From the NCBI GenBank assembly GCA_964370255.1, contig CAYJIO010000001.1, positions 1-36,171 of the forward strand: a stretch of 36,171 bases of DNA, given 5' to 3'. The stretch's first letter is position 1, and each line of letters begins with the position of its first letter. The notes below the pieces were generated by a model. That model worked only from the letters and a program-made list of their open reading frames with translations. It was not told the origin of the DNA and made no database searches. The position numbers were made by a program, and so were the translations under genes. Below are positions 21,201-31,162 of the stretch, one piece after another. Origin of the DNA: an uncultured Azospirillaceae bacterium. Its GTDB lineage: Bacteria; Pseudomonadota; Alphaproteobacteria; RF32; CAG-239.

Positions 21201-24200
21201 TTCTCTATGTCTTGTGCGTTGGACTTATTACTTGTTTCTTCTATGTTCTTTTTAATCTCTTCAAAATCTTCTTTGCTTATTTCATAATACATATTTTCAA
21301 AGCTATACTTTATGAAGTGTTTGTTATCTGATTGATAAAACTCTATATCAAACTCTTTTTTATCTGTTTTGACGTCTATTGCAAAGTCTTTTATTGCGTC
21401 TTTAATGGCGTTTGTTGCTCTTAATAAAGGTGTGTTAATCATTGCTTTAATTAACTCTATGTCCATATTAATCGCTTTGCCGTAGCGAAGGTTCCATGCA
21501 AATGAGTAAGCAAACTCTCTCCAGTTTGGAGAAACATCTATTAAGTCTGCATTTATTAACCAAACATCATAATTGTTTGCGTCTCTATAATAAGCTCCTC
21601 TGGCTCCGCGGCCTAAGTCTATGTCATATTCTCCTATATAAAAGTCTTGTTTTATGTTGTTATTATCAAAAAGCTCTATGTGGGTTGCTTCTTTGTTGCC
21701 TAGTCCAAAATATGGCAAGTTTTTTACCTGATTTGACTTTTGCTCATAAAATTTTGCAAAAGAGATTGCGGTTAATAAGTTTTTTATTCTTTCATCATAG
21801 ACCTTAAAGCCATCATGATTTTTTATTTGCCAGTTATTATCAGATTTATAAAGCTCTATGCTTTTTTCTTCTTTTGTTATAATAATTTTGTTAATTTCTT
21901 GTATGTTAAGGTTTTTAAAAACGGGCAAATCTGTTTGTTTTTTTTGTGTGCTTATGTTTATGGCAATGCCTGTTATTAAGGCAATTAACGCTATTATTGA
22001 AAGAACTTTGCTTTTTTTATCAAAAACAATTTGAGCTTTTTCTTTTGTTATGGTTTTTTTATTATGAATAAGCAAGGTTATGATTAAAATTATTAGGGGT
22101 AGCAAGTATATGTTTATTGCCTTTATTAAAAGTTCAATATTTTTTAGCTTTTGGTATGACGCTTCTTTTAACTTGCCAAGATTATTTTTTAAGTCTGATA
22201 AATTTTGTCTTAGTTTTGCTATTAAGGCAAGCTCATCTGCAATAAAGTTTTTTCTTCCTTCAAAATCTCTTTTGCTAATAACTTTTTGGAGCTGTGTTTT
22301 TGTGTTGTTTACTTTTGAGAGTAGTAAGTTTTCTTCTTTTGCATATTTTAGCTGAGCTTTTCTTCTGATATCTTCTATAAGCTCTAGCCTGCTTGCTTTT
22401 TGGTTTTTTGAGCGCAGAGACAATAAAGAGTGGTTTTTTACAAGCTCATCCAAAGAATTTAGTATAAGATATAAATTGTCACTATTGTTTATATAGCTGT
22501 CATATAATAAGTCGCTGTCTGCAATAACAATCGCCTTGTATGGGTTTTTTTTGTTATTGGATGTTATTTTTGCGGCTAATATTTTTTTGTAATTATCTTT
22601 TTTGAAGTTGCTTAAGATAATGGCTGGGTTGTAGTTGTTATAAATGTATTCAATACTCATTAAGCTTGAGTTTTTTGAGGCCGCTAAGAGAGGCGTGAAC
22701 GTAATGTTTGCCTCTTTGTTTGCAGCAATTATTGAAGACGTTGATAGTATAATTGTCTGAAGGCCAGCAGTTGGCAAATATGCTTGCTCTATGTTGTCTT
22801 CGGTTAATTTTATTTGAGCAATGTCTTGGGTTATAATTGGGTTTTGAGTATAGTCTATTGTTGCATCAACTGTTATAGAGTTGTCAAAGTCTGCTACAAA
22901 AGCTTTATCTATAAACTTAAATCCAAATTCATTTTCAAGCTCTTTGAAGTCAGATGCTTTGATTGCTTTTGTTTGAGGTGCAAAATTTCTGATTGCTTCA
23001 GGGGCAGGGTCTAATAATATTAAGAATTTGCCACCTTGGTTTTTATAAGACTTGATATTTTCAATAAGTTCTTTTGACATATCTTGAGGTGAGATTATCA
23101 TTAATGCGTCTATGTCTTTGATATCTGGGTTGTTGTTGTCTATTTTTTTGATGTCATAAAAATTTGATATTTCATCAATGATTTGCCAGTTTTGCGTGGC
23201 AACACCTGCTATTTCTGTTTCAAACATTTCAACACCACTTATAACACCCAGAGAGGGCTTGGTGTGGTTTAGCAAATATATTTTTTGAGTAATTATAGTT
23301 TCTAGTTTGTTTTGCATGCTTGGGGTTAAGAGTTCTATTTCTTCTTTGTTGTTTATTGCATCTGTAAAAACAAGCCCAAAAAATGCGTTTTGGTTTGAGT
23401 CCAGTATTGGCAAGCCTTTGAGGCCACTTGCTATGGCTATATCTTCAAGCTCGCTTAATGTTTGAGGATAATAAATTTCTATATTTAGTTTGTTTTTTGC
23501 AAGTTTTTTGTATTGTTTTAATAATGTTATTACAGAGTTAAAAGATTCTTTAAACTGAGGGCTTTGGGTTGATAAAATTTTTGAGTAATAAACTTTTATT
23601 GTTACAGGCTCTTTTAGGTTTTGTAGTATATATTTGGTGCTTTCACTTAAAGAGTGCTTTTTTTGAGAAGAGGCGTCAAAGTATGAAATACTTTTTGAAG
23701 AGATTAGGTTAAAGCCAATAAATAATAATAGAGAAAATATAATTATATATGGCGTATTTTTTTTTGCGCTAAACTTATTGTTTATTGTTGTTATGGTAAT
23801 AAATATAAAAAAGACAATAATGCTTGAGAAAAATAATATTGCTTTAAGTTCTATAAGCCCAGAAATCATAGAATAATAGTTAGATAAAATATTAAAGCTT
23901 GCCAAAATTTCTAGTGTTTGGTTGCTTAAAAATGGCTGATACAAATTAACTATAAAATCAAGGCTAGATACGTAGAAAAACAATATAAACAAAATTCCTA
24001 GTATTAAGGCTATTACTTGGTTTTTTGTTGTAGACGATGCATATAAAGCAATTGAGATTAAGGCAGCACAAAGCAAAAATGTTGATAGATAAGAATATGT
24101 TATTATGGAGTTATCTGGTGTGGCTATTGCGTTTATTGTAATCCAGAGCTCAAACGTGGCTGCAATGCTTAAGCTACAGAAAGCCCATGCGGCTAAAAAT

Positions 24201-24496
24201 TTTCCGATGGTTATAGATGTTATTGAAATTGGCAGGCTTAGGGTTTGATATATTGTGCCTGATTTGAATTCTTCTGCCCAAAGGCGCATTGATATGGCTG
24301 GAACAAAAAAGAGTAGTATCCAAGGCATAAAAACAAACATTGGATTTAAGTCGGCTATTCCTCTTTCTAAGAAATTGCCAAAATAAAAAACGCAAAACCC
24401 GTTTAAGAGCAAAAATGCAATTAAATATACAAATGCAACAGGAGTGTTGAAGTATCTTAAAAATTCATATTTTAAAATTGTCATTATTTGTTTCAT
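21197..24496 (-). CDS. Fusion protein: ABC-2 (GldF-like) permease + GldG-like ABC auxiliary domain + DUF4340-like C-terminal domain
   Basis: 1099 aa. The N-terminal ~245 aa are polytopic with MRLWAEEFKSGT..TLSLPIS, typical of ABC-2/GldF permeases. The middle has the GldG-like pattern (EPVTIKVYYS...), followed by a coiled coil and two TM segments. The C-terminal ~220 aa resemble the DUF4340 proteins that usually follow gldG. Confidence 0.75.
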   Translation of the reverse strand: MKQIMTILKYEFLRYFNTPVAFVYLIAFLLLNGFCVFYFGNFLERGIADLNPMFVFMPWILLFFVPAISMRLWAEEFKSGTIYQTLSLPISITSITIGKFLAAWAFCSLSIAATFELWITINAIATPDNSIITYSYLSTFLLCAALISIALYASSTTKNQVIALILGILFILFFYVSSLDFIVNLYQPFLSNQTLEILASFNILSNYYSMISGLIELKAILFFSSIIVFFIFITITTINNKFSAKKNTPYIIIFSLLLFIGFNLISSKSISYFDASSQKKHSLSESTKYILQNLKEPVTIKVYYSKILSTQSPQFKESFNSVITLLKQYKKLAKNKLNIEIYYPQTLSELEDIAIASGLKGLPILDSNQNAFFGLVFTDAINNKEEIELLTPSMQNKLETIITQKIYLLNHTKPSLGVISGVEMFETEIAGVATQNWQIIDEISNFYDIKKIDNNNPDIKDIDALMIISPQDMSKELIENIKSYKNQGGKFLILLDPAPEAIRNFAPQTKAIKASDFKELENEFGFKFIDKAFVADFDNSITVDATIDYTQNPIITQDIAQIKLTEDNIEQAYLPTAGLQTIILSTSSIIAANKEANITFTPLLAASKNSSLMSIEYIYNNYNPAIILSNFKKDNYKKILAAKITSNNKKNPYKAIVIADSDLLYDSYINNSDNLYLILNSLDELVKNHSLLSLRSKNQKASRLELIEDIRRKAQLKYAKEENLLLSKVNNTKTQLQKVISKRDFEGRKNFIADELALIAKLRQNLSDLKNNLGKLKEASYQKLKNIELLIKAINIYLLPLIILIITLLIHNKKTITKEKAQIVFDKKSKVLSIIALIALITGIAINISTQKKQTDLPVFKNLNIQEINKIIITKEEKSIELYKSDNNWQIKNHDGFKVYDERIKNLLTAISFAKFYEQKSNQVKNLPYFGLGNKEATHIELFDNNNIKQDFYIGEYDIDLGRGARGAYYRDANNYDVWLINADLIDVSPNWREFAYSFAWNLRYGKAINMDIELIKAMINTPLLRATNAIKDAIKDFAIDVKTDKKEFDIEFYQSDNKHFIKYSFENMYYEISKEDFEEIKKNIEETSNKSNAQDIEK

Positions 24497-24497
24497 T

Positions 24498-25211
24498 CTA
24501 TTTTTCCTTAGTAAGAGCTTTAAATGCTTTTTCTATGTCAGTTGTTTTTGCTTGGTTTAATATGTCTAGCTTTGAGCCTTGGGCAATTATTTTGCCTTTG
24601 TTTATTAAAACAATTTTGTTTGCAAGTGTTTGAACGTCATCTAGGAGGTGGGTCGATATTATGATTGTTTTTTGTTTTGAGATGTTTTTTATCACCTCTC
24701 TTATAACGTCTTTTTGATTGGGGTCTAGTCCGTCTGTTGGCTCATCTAATAATAATATTTGCGGGCTTCCTAACAAACTTTGGGCAAAAGAAACACGCCT
24801 TAAATAACCTTTTGAAAGGGTTTCGATTTTTTGGTCTAAGACATTTGTTATCTTAACCATTTCTGCTATTTCTTTTATGCTTTTTATGTTTTCGTTTTTG
24901 ATTTTTGCAATGTATGATAAAAAGCTTATGACACTCATGTCAGCATATAAGGGAGAGCCTTCTGCCAAAAAGCCCAGGTTTTTTTTTATAAACATTTTGT
25001 TAAATTCGATGTTTTTGGTTAAGATAAAGACATCTCCTTTGTCTTGTGAGAGAACGGTTGATAAGATGTTTAAGAGAGTGGTTTTTCCTGAGCCGTTTGG
25101 ACCAAGAAGAGCAATGATATCTCCTTTTTTTGCAGTAAATGATACGTTATCAAGTGCTTTTATGCGTCCATAAGACTTTGAGATGCTTTTTACTTCTATT
25201 GTATTAATCAT
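24498..25211 (-). CDS. ABC transporter ATP-binding protein (GldA-like)
   Basis: 237 aa. Walker A GPNGSGKTT, signature LSKGYLRR, and Walker B LLLDEPTDGLD. Confidence 0.9.
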   Translation of the reverse strand: MINTIEVKSISKSYGRIKALDNVSFTAKKGDIIALLGPNGSGKTTLLNILSTVLSQDKGDVFILTKNIEFNKMFIKKNLGFLAEGSPLYADMSVISFLSYIAKIKNENIKSIKEIAEMVKITNVLDQKIETLSKGYLRRVSFAQSLLGSPQILLLDEPTDGLDPNQKDVIREVIKNISKQKTIIISTHLLDDVQTLANKIVLINKGKIIAQGSKLDILNQAKTTDIEKAFKALTKEK

Positions 25212-26194
25212 AAAAATGGCTCCGCTTTCATTAGTCCGTTATTTTCTATTAAATTGTTTTTTTCTCTTTTTATGCCCAAGGGGGCTATGAACGAGTTGAA
25301 AAAATCATCATAGTTGCCAACTTGGGATATGGCAAGTTTTAGCCAGTCTGGCTTTAGCCCCAGTGCTTGCCATATTTTGGGGTTGTCTCCTAATAAGTTT
25401 TGTGTTGATTTGTCTTTTGTTAGAAACGAGATGCTTAAATTGCTTTTGCTTATGTTCATTTTTTCTGACAATAACAAGGCATTTACTATCCATTTTATGG
25501 CTATTTTTAAGTCATAATTTTGTTTTACGACATAAATGTTTATGGGAACAGTTTCTATAACGTCGTTTAAGATTATGGTGTTTTCTTTTTGAATGTCTTT
25601 AAGATAAATCTCTGCATCTGCAAGCATTGCGCATCTTTTTAATAAAAAAGCCTCTTTGGCAGAACTTTTTGAGTTAAATTTTAAGATATTTAGGTTGAGG
25701 TTATATTTTTGGCTATATTCTTTGATGTAGAACTCATTAAGGCCTTGACCTGTTATAGTGCACACATTTGCGTCTTTGTATGCAAGCATAGATGTTGCGT
25801 TTTCTTTTTTATAGGCTAAAAACTTTAGATTGTCATAATAAAATGTAGCGGCTGGTGTTATTTTGGCAGATACTTCATTGCTGGCAATGATGTTATGCCC
25901 CCCAATTGCAACATCTATTTGTGCCATTAGAAGATTTTTTTGTAGGTTGTAGCTTTTTGTGTCTATCATCTCAAAGGCAGAGGGAGAGCCCAGAAGCGCT
26001 GTTGCCAAGACTTTGCAAATTTCTGTATCAATACCTTGCCAGAGGCCTTCTTTGTCTTTTTTTGCAAGTGTTTTGACACTAAGGTCTGTTCCGCATCTTA
26101 AGTATCCTCTTCTTTGAATGAGGTTTAAGCCGTCATCTTTTGCAAAAGCATTAAAACTAAAAATTATTAAAAATATAAAAAAAATGTGTTTCAT
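25208..26194 (-). CDS. Family-3 periplasmic solute-binding protein (AapJ/BztA-like amino-acid binding)
   Basis: Start trimmed to ATG 26194 (MKHIFFIFLIIFSFNAFA signal peptide, AAGAGG RBS). The motif run RGYLRCGTD...GIDTEICK...IDV matches the pattern of general amino-acid SBPs. The stop overlaps the ATPase start (ATGA). Confidence 0.75.
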   Translation of the reverse strand: MKHIFFIFLIIFSFNAFAKDDGLNLIQRRGYLRCGTDLSVKTLAKKDKEGLWQGIDTEICKVLATALLGSPSAFEMIDTKSYNLQKNLLMAQIDVAIGGHNIIASNEVSAKITPAATFYYDNLKFLAYKKENATSMLAYKDANVCTITGQGLNEFYIKEYSQKYNLNLNILKFNSKSSAKEAFLLKRCAMLADAEIYLKDIQKENTIILNDVIETVPINIYVVKQNYDLKIAIKWIVNALLLSEKMNISKSNLSISFLTKDKSTQNLLGDNPKIWQALGLKPDWLKLAISQVGNYDDFFNSFIAPLGIKREKNNLIENNGLMKAEPFL

Positions 26195-26239
26195 TTTTAC
26201 CTCTTTTGGTTTATAGATAGCATTATAGGAGTTATTTTT

Positions 26240-26821
26240 ATGAAAGTTAAGGCTTTTTTTATAGTTATCACAATTTTTTTGACCTCTTTTAATTTGCATG
26301 CTTATGAGGGGGCAAAAAACTGGTTGAATGAAAAAGGAAAAAATTTAATTGAAGCATTTGGTGAAACAAACATCGATAAAAAACACAAAAAACTAGATGC
26401 AATTTTGCTTGAAGATATTGATATGGAATATGTCTCAAAATTTGTTATGGGAAAACACTATAAAAATATGAGCGAAGAGCAAAAAAAACGATATAAAAAA
26501 GCCTTTAGACAATACGCTTTATATGCTTATAAAAAGTTTCCACTTTCTTTTGGAGAGAATATTAGTTTTGATGTGGTTGATGCTTATAAAGAAAATAATA
26601 TTATAAAAGCAAAAACAAAGATTTTTGTAAGCGAGAATAATATCTTTGTTGTAGAGTTCTATCTTAAGCCTTATGAAGATGGTTATAAAATTATTGACTT
26701 AAGGTTTGAAGAAACTAGTCTGATATTAGCATATCGCAATAGATTTAATGAGATGATGGCAGAGGTTGATTATGAGATTGACTGGTTTATTGAAGACTTG
26801 GAAAGGGCAGAAAAATCTTGA
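26240..26821 (+). CDS. MlaC/Ttg2D-family lipid-binding periplasmic protein
   Basis: Start trimmed to ATG 26240 (MKVKAFFIVITIFLTSFNLHA signal peptide, AGGAG RBS). D.EYVSKFVMGKHYKNMSEEQKKRYKKAFRQY fits the toluene-tolerance Ttg2D/MlaC pattern. Confidence 0.65.
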   Translation: MKVKAFFIVITIFLTSFNLHAYEGAKNWLNEKGKNLIEAFGETNIDKKHKKLDAILLEDIDMEYVSKFVMGKHYKNMSEEQKKRYKKAFRQYALYAYKKFPLSFGENISFDVVDAYKENNIIKAKTKIFVSENNIFVVEFYLKPYEDGYKIIDLRFEETSLILAYRNRFNEMMAEVDYEIDWFIEDLERAEKS

Positions 26822-28497
26822 TAGAAGTTTTTATGCAACAAGCAACATTGTGCTATAATCAAGGCAATTTTGATGAGGCTGAGCGCTTATATAAAAAAGC
26901 TCTTGAGATTGCACCAAATAGCCCAGATATATACAACCTTTTGGGCCTTGTTGCGCAAAATAAAGGGCTTGACTTGGTTGCAGTTGAATATTTTTATAAG
27001 GCTTTGAGCTTTAACCCTTTTTTGCAAGAATATAATTTTTCTTTGGCATATTCTTTGGAGAACTTAGGAAAATATAGTGAGGCAATAGAGTGTTATAAAA
27101 AAGCTAGCTCTGTTAAAGAGTCTTATAATAATATTGGCAATATTTATCAAAAAATGGGCGAGGTTGAAAAAGCAAAAGAGAGTTATCAGAAGGCGTTATT
27201 AATAAATAAGGATTATGATGAGCCAAAAATAAACCTTTTGTTTATAGAAAAAAACATTAATGAACTTATGACTTTTAATCATCCGTTGGCGCATTATTAT
27301 ATTGCCTTGTTTTTGTTTGAAGGAGGCAAAAATCATAAGGCTTTAAGCTATTTGCAAGAAAACTTGGAGTTTGACTATCAGCACGCTTTAAGAGGGGAGA
27401 TATTGTTTGCAGAAAAAGAATATGACGAGGCAAAAGTTTTTTTAAAAAACGCAATAAGCATTAATCCAAATAATTATAAAGCAATTAAGCTTTTGGCTGA
27501 TATTATGGTCTTGCAAAAAGACTTTGTTGCAGCAGAAGATTTATATAAAAAAGTCTTGGAAGCAAAACCTAATAATATTGATGCACAAATAAATTATGCA
27601 AATATGTTATATGTGGCAGGTAACGTGGCGCAAGCATTAGAAGAATACAGAAGAGCCGTTTTAATAGATGATAAAAACTTTGCGGTGCTTAATAACTTGG
27701 CTGTGATAATAAAAGAAACAGGAGATTATCAAGAAGCTTTGGGCTTGTTTTTTGCTGCAAAAAATATTGAGCCAGAGAATGCGTATGTTGATGTTAATAT
27801 ATTGGAATCGCTTGTTTTGTTGGCTTGTGATAATTTTGATGATGCAAAAAGCATTTCTAAAAACTGGCTTAAGCATTATCCTGATAATATATATGCAAAA
27901 CATTTGGTTGCAAGGTTTGAGGGTAAAACAGCTGATGATGAGGTGTTTAATCAAAAGTTTTTTGATGAGTTTTCTGATAACTATGAAGCAGTCTTGAAGA
28001 AGATTAATTATAACTTACCAAACTTGGTTTGTGAGGTTTTTTCTGACATCAAGGGCAGGGTGCTTGACCTGGGCTGTGGAAGTGGTCTTTTGGGTGAAAA
28101 AATAAAAAATGCCAAGAATTATCTTATTGGAGTTGATGTATCACAAAAAATGCTTAGATTGGCAAAAGAAAAAAAATGTTATGATGAGTTATCTTGTATA
28201 GACGCAAAATCTTATTTGCAGAGCAATAATGACTTTGACTATGTGTTTGCTTTGGATGTGTTTTGTTATTTAAGTGATTTAAGTGATATTGTTAATGCCT
28301 TGAAAAACAAAAAGTTTTTGTTTTCTGTTGAAAAGGGAGGAGGCAAAGACTTTGAGTTGCAAATTAATGGCAGATATAAGCATTCTTTGCAATATATAAA
28401 AAGCCTTTTAGGGGATTTGTCTTATGAGATAAAAGAAGTTGTTTTGCGGGTTGAAGATGGCAAAGATGTAAGAGGTTTGGTTTTTTATAAAAAATAA
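26818..28497 (+). CDS. TPR-repeat protein with C-terminal class I SAM-dependent methyltransferase domain (COG4976-like)
   Basis: 559 aa with multiple TPR units (AL..P....Y..LG...). C-terminal motif I is VLDLGCGSGLLG. The start is uncertain: TTG 26818 overlapping the upstream stop, or ATG 26833. Confidence 0.8.
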   Translation: MIEVFMQQATLCYNQGNFDEAERLYKKALEIAPNSPDIYNLLGLVAQNKGLDLVAVEYFYKALSFNPFLQEYNFSLAYSLENLGKYSEAIECYKKASSVKESYNNIGNIYQKMGEVEKAKESYQKALLINKDYDEPKINLLFIEKNINELMTFNHPLAHYYIALFLFEGGKNHKALSYLQENLEFDYQHALRGEILFAEKEYDEAKVFLKNAISINPNNYKAIKLLADIMVLQKDFVAAEDLYKKVLEAKPNNIDAQINYANMLYVAGNVAQALEEYRRAVLIDDKNFAVLNNLAVIIKETGDYQEALGLFFAAKNIEPENAYVDVNILESLVLLACDNFDDAKSISKNWLKHYPDNIYAKHLVARFEGKTADDEVFNQKFFDEFSDNYEAVLKKINYNLPNLVCEVFSDIKGRVLDLGCGSGLLGEKIKNAKNYLIGVDVSQKMLRLAKEKKCYDELSCIDAKSYLQSNNDFDYVFALDVFCYLSDLSDIVNALKNKKFLFSVEKGGGKDFELQINGRYKHSLQYIKSLLGDLSYEIKEVVLRVEDGKDVRGLVFYKK

Positions 28498-28531
28498 GCG
28501 CTTGAAGAATATAAAGATTCTCAAAGCGCTT
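28496..28531. terminator. Bidirectional hairpin between the convergent TPR-methyltransferase and ACP genes
   Basis: AAGCGCTTGAAGAAT...ATTCTCAAAGCGCTT is an imperfect inverted repeat followed by ATTT. Confidence 0.45.
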
Positions 28532-28538
28532 ATTTGGT

Positions 28539-28766
28539 TTAGATTAGAGTTTCTACTTTTTCAATAAACTCCTGGGGAGTTTTTGAATCATCAAAAAATG
28601 TGTCTGGAATTGCGATGTTTAGCTTTTTTTCGATTTCAATCCCGATTTCAACGAAGTCAAGACTATCGATGCCTAACTCTCGGAAATCTTTGCATAGATA
28701 TTCATCTTCAAGTTTTACATATGCCACATCGTAGGCAGTCTCTACGAATAAATCTTTTGTTGTCAT
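28539..28766 (-). CDS. Orphan acyl/peptidyl carrier protein (phosphopantetheine-binding)
   Basis: 75 aa. LGIDSLDFVEIGIEIE contains the DSL phosphopantetheine-attachment serine motif. Confidence 0.8.
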   Translation of the reverse strand: MTTKDLFVETAYDVAYVKLEDEYLCKDFRELGIDSLDFVEIGIEIEKKLNIAIPDTFFDDSKTPQEFIEKVETLI

Positions 28767-28907
28767 AATTTAATTTGTGTTTTAATGTTTATATTGTCTT
28801 TTATTATATAAACAAATGTTTTTTTGTCAATAGTGTTAAAAATTATTTTCTTGCTATATTTTTTATATTTTATATACTTATAAAAAACTAATAGAAAGAT
28901 ATAAGCA

Positions 28908-29453
28908 ATGAACACATTTTATAAAGTATCAAATTATCTTAATTCACCAGAGGTTTTGAGCCTTGTTTTTGACAACAGGTTTATGCTGATATTGTTTGTG
29001 ATATTGCTTACAAAACTTAAGAACTCAACGTATAGAAGTATGTATATGAGTGCTATTATAAATATTCCGGGGACTATTTTGCATGAGGCAATGCACTATG
29101 TTGTTGGAGGGCTCTTAAACGCGCAGCCGGTCAATTTTTCTGTGTGGCCAAAAAAAGATAATATGGGCAATTATGTTATGGGATCTGTTGGGTTTAAGAA
29201 TATTACTTTTTATAATGCTTTGCCTGCAACTATGGCTCCTTTGTTGTTGTTAATTATGGGCTTTTATATAAACAGATATTTGCTGCCTTTGATTGAGCCT
29301 TCTTTTGTTTCTTATATCTTATATATTTTGTTGCAGACAATTATTATAGAAAATGCTATCCCATCGCGAGTGGATTTTGCTGTTGCCTTTAGGCACAAGC
29401 TTGGGCTTTTGATGTATATTATCTTATTTGCTCTTGGATTTGGGTTGATATAA
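28908..29453 (+). CDS. Membrane protein with HExxH motif (putative intramembrane zinc metallopeptidase)
   Basis: 181 aa with 4-5 hydrophobic segments. HEAMH follows the first TM segment. The stop overlaps the recJ start. Confidence 0.5.
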   Translation: MNTFYKVSNYLNSPEVLSLVFDNRFMLILFVILLTKLKNSTYRSMYMSAIINIPGTILHEAMHYVVGGLLNAQPVNFSVWPKKDNMGNYVMGSVGFKNITFYNALPATMAPLLLLIMGFYINRYLLPLIEPSFVSYILYILLQTIIIENAIPSRVDFAVAFRHKLGLLMYIILFALGFGLI

Positions 29454-31162
29454 TGAAAACAATAAACGGATGTATAATAAAAGAAACCACATATGATGAG
29501 CGCTTGGCAGAAAACATTGCCCAAAAGCACAACATCTCTCATATAATATCTAAAATATTGGTGCAAAAAGGCGTTGGTCTTGATGATGCTCCTCTTTTCT
29601 TAGAGCCCAAAATTGCAAACCTTATGCCAAACCCCAATTCCTTAATGGATATGGATAAAGCCTCAGAACGTATTGCAAAAGCCATAGAGAATAAAGAGAC
29701 AATTGGTATTATTGGTGATTATGATGTTGATGGTGCAACCTCAACTGCATTATTAAAAATATTTTTTAGGCAGCATAATATTGAGCCTTTGGTTCATATT
29801 CCTGACCGTGAAGAAGGCTATGGACCTAGCAAACTTGCGGTTGATAAGTTTGTGGCAGGAGGGGCAAGCCTTATTATTACCGTTGACTGTGGAACAACTG
29901 CGTTTGTGACCTTGGAATATGCTTATGAAAAAGGCATTGAGTTGATTGTGCTTGATCACCACGCAGCAGAGGTCACGTTGCCAAAGTCTTATGCTGTGGT
30001 TAATCCAAAACGCATGGATGATGAAAGCGGGCTTGAATATTTGGCTGCTTGTGGTGTTGTGTTTATGGCAATTGTTGCAACAAATGCAAGACTTGAGCAT
30101 AAGGTCAACTTGTTAGACTTATTAGACATTGTGGCTCTTGGCACGGTGTGTGATGTTGTGCCTTTGGTTGGGCTCAATCGTGCGTTTGTAAAACAAGGCA
30201 TTAAAGTTATGAGCCAATATAAAAACGTTGGAATTTCAGCTCTAAGAGATATTGCAGGAGTTACAGACACACTGTCTGCGTATCATCTTGGCTTTGTGTT
30301 TGGACCAAGAATTAATGCAACAGGCAGAGTAGGTGATGCAAAATATGGCAATCAGCTTTTAAGCGCTCAAGATATTGTTGAGGCAAAAGTTTTGGCAGAA
30401 AAACTTCAAGACTGTAACACTGAGCGCAAAGAAATTGAACAATATGCGTTTATTCAGGCAATCGAAAAACTTGAGGGAGAGCCTCAGGATGTGCCATTTG
30501 CCTTTGTATATGCTGATGATTGGCACCAAGGTGTTATTGGAATTGTTGCTGGCAAATTAAAAGAACGCTACAACCAACCTGCGTTTGTTATGACGCTTGA
30601 AGCCGGAGTTTATAAAGGCTCTGCACGCTCAATTGCTGGGCTTGACTTGGGGGCATTAATAATTCAGGCCAAAGAAAAAGACTTGCTTGTATCTGGTGGT
30701 GGGCACATTATGGCAGCAGGATTTTCTGTATCTCCTGATAAACTAGAAGAATTTAAGGCATTTATTGCTGAATATGTAATAGAGCATCTTGGCAAAGATG
30801 TGATTGAGCCAATCATAGAAGTTTCTTCAATGCTTTCTGTTGGCGGTGTTAATATAAATCTTGCCAACGAGCTTGAGAACCTAGAGCCTTATGGTGCATC
30901 TAACTCAGAGCCAAAGTTTTTGATTAAAAACGCGCAAATAACAGGGGCTGCAATTGTGGGGCAGGGGCATATAAAATGCTTTATATCTTCATCATCTGGC
31001 GGCAACATCAAAGCAATTGCCTTTAAGATGGCAGACACAGAATTAGGCAGACAAATGCTTGCAAATTCAAGAGGAGTGTTTGACCTCGTTGGAGTGGTTA
31101 GAAAAAACACCTGGCAGGGAAGGGTTAGTGTTCAATTCATAATCGAAGACGCTTTAAATTAA
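29453..31162 (+). CDS. recJ: Single-stranded-DNA-specific exonuclease RecJ
   Basis: 569 aa. DHH motifs GDYDVDGATS, TVDCG and LDHH, plus DHHA1 GGGHIMAAG. Confidence 0.95.
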   Translation: MKTINGCIIKETTYDERLAENIAQKHNISHIISKILVQKGVGLDDAPLFLEPKIANLMPNPNSLMDMDKASERIAKAIENKETIGIIGDYDVDGATSTALLKIFFRQHNIEPLVHIPDREEGYGPSKLAVDKFVAGGASLIITVDCGTTAFVTLEYAYEKGIELIVLDHHAAEVTLPKSYAVVNPKRMDDESGLEYLAACGVVFMAIVATNARLEHKVNLLDLLDIVALGTVCDVVPLVGLNRAFVKQGIKVMSQYKNVGISALRDIAGVTDTLSAYHLGFVFGPRINATGRVGDAKYGNQLLSAQDIVEAKVLAEKLQDCNTERKEIEQYAFIQAIEKLEGEPQDVPFAFVYADDWHQGVIGIVAGKLKERYNQPAFVMTLEAGVYKGSARSIAGLDLGALIIQAKEKDLLVSGGGHIMAAGFSVSPDKLEEFKAFIAEYVIEHLGKDVIEPIIEVSSMLSVGGVNINLANELENLEPYGASNSEPKFLIKNAQITGAAIVGQGHIKCFISSSSGGNIKAIAFKMADTELGRQMLANSRGVFDLVGVVRKNTWQGRVSVQFIIEDALN

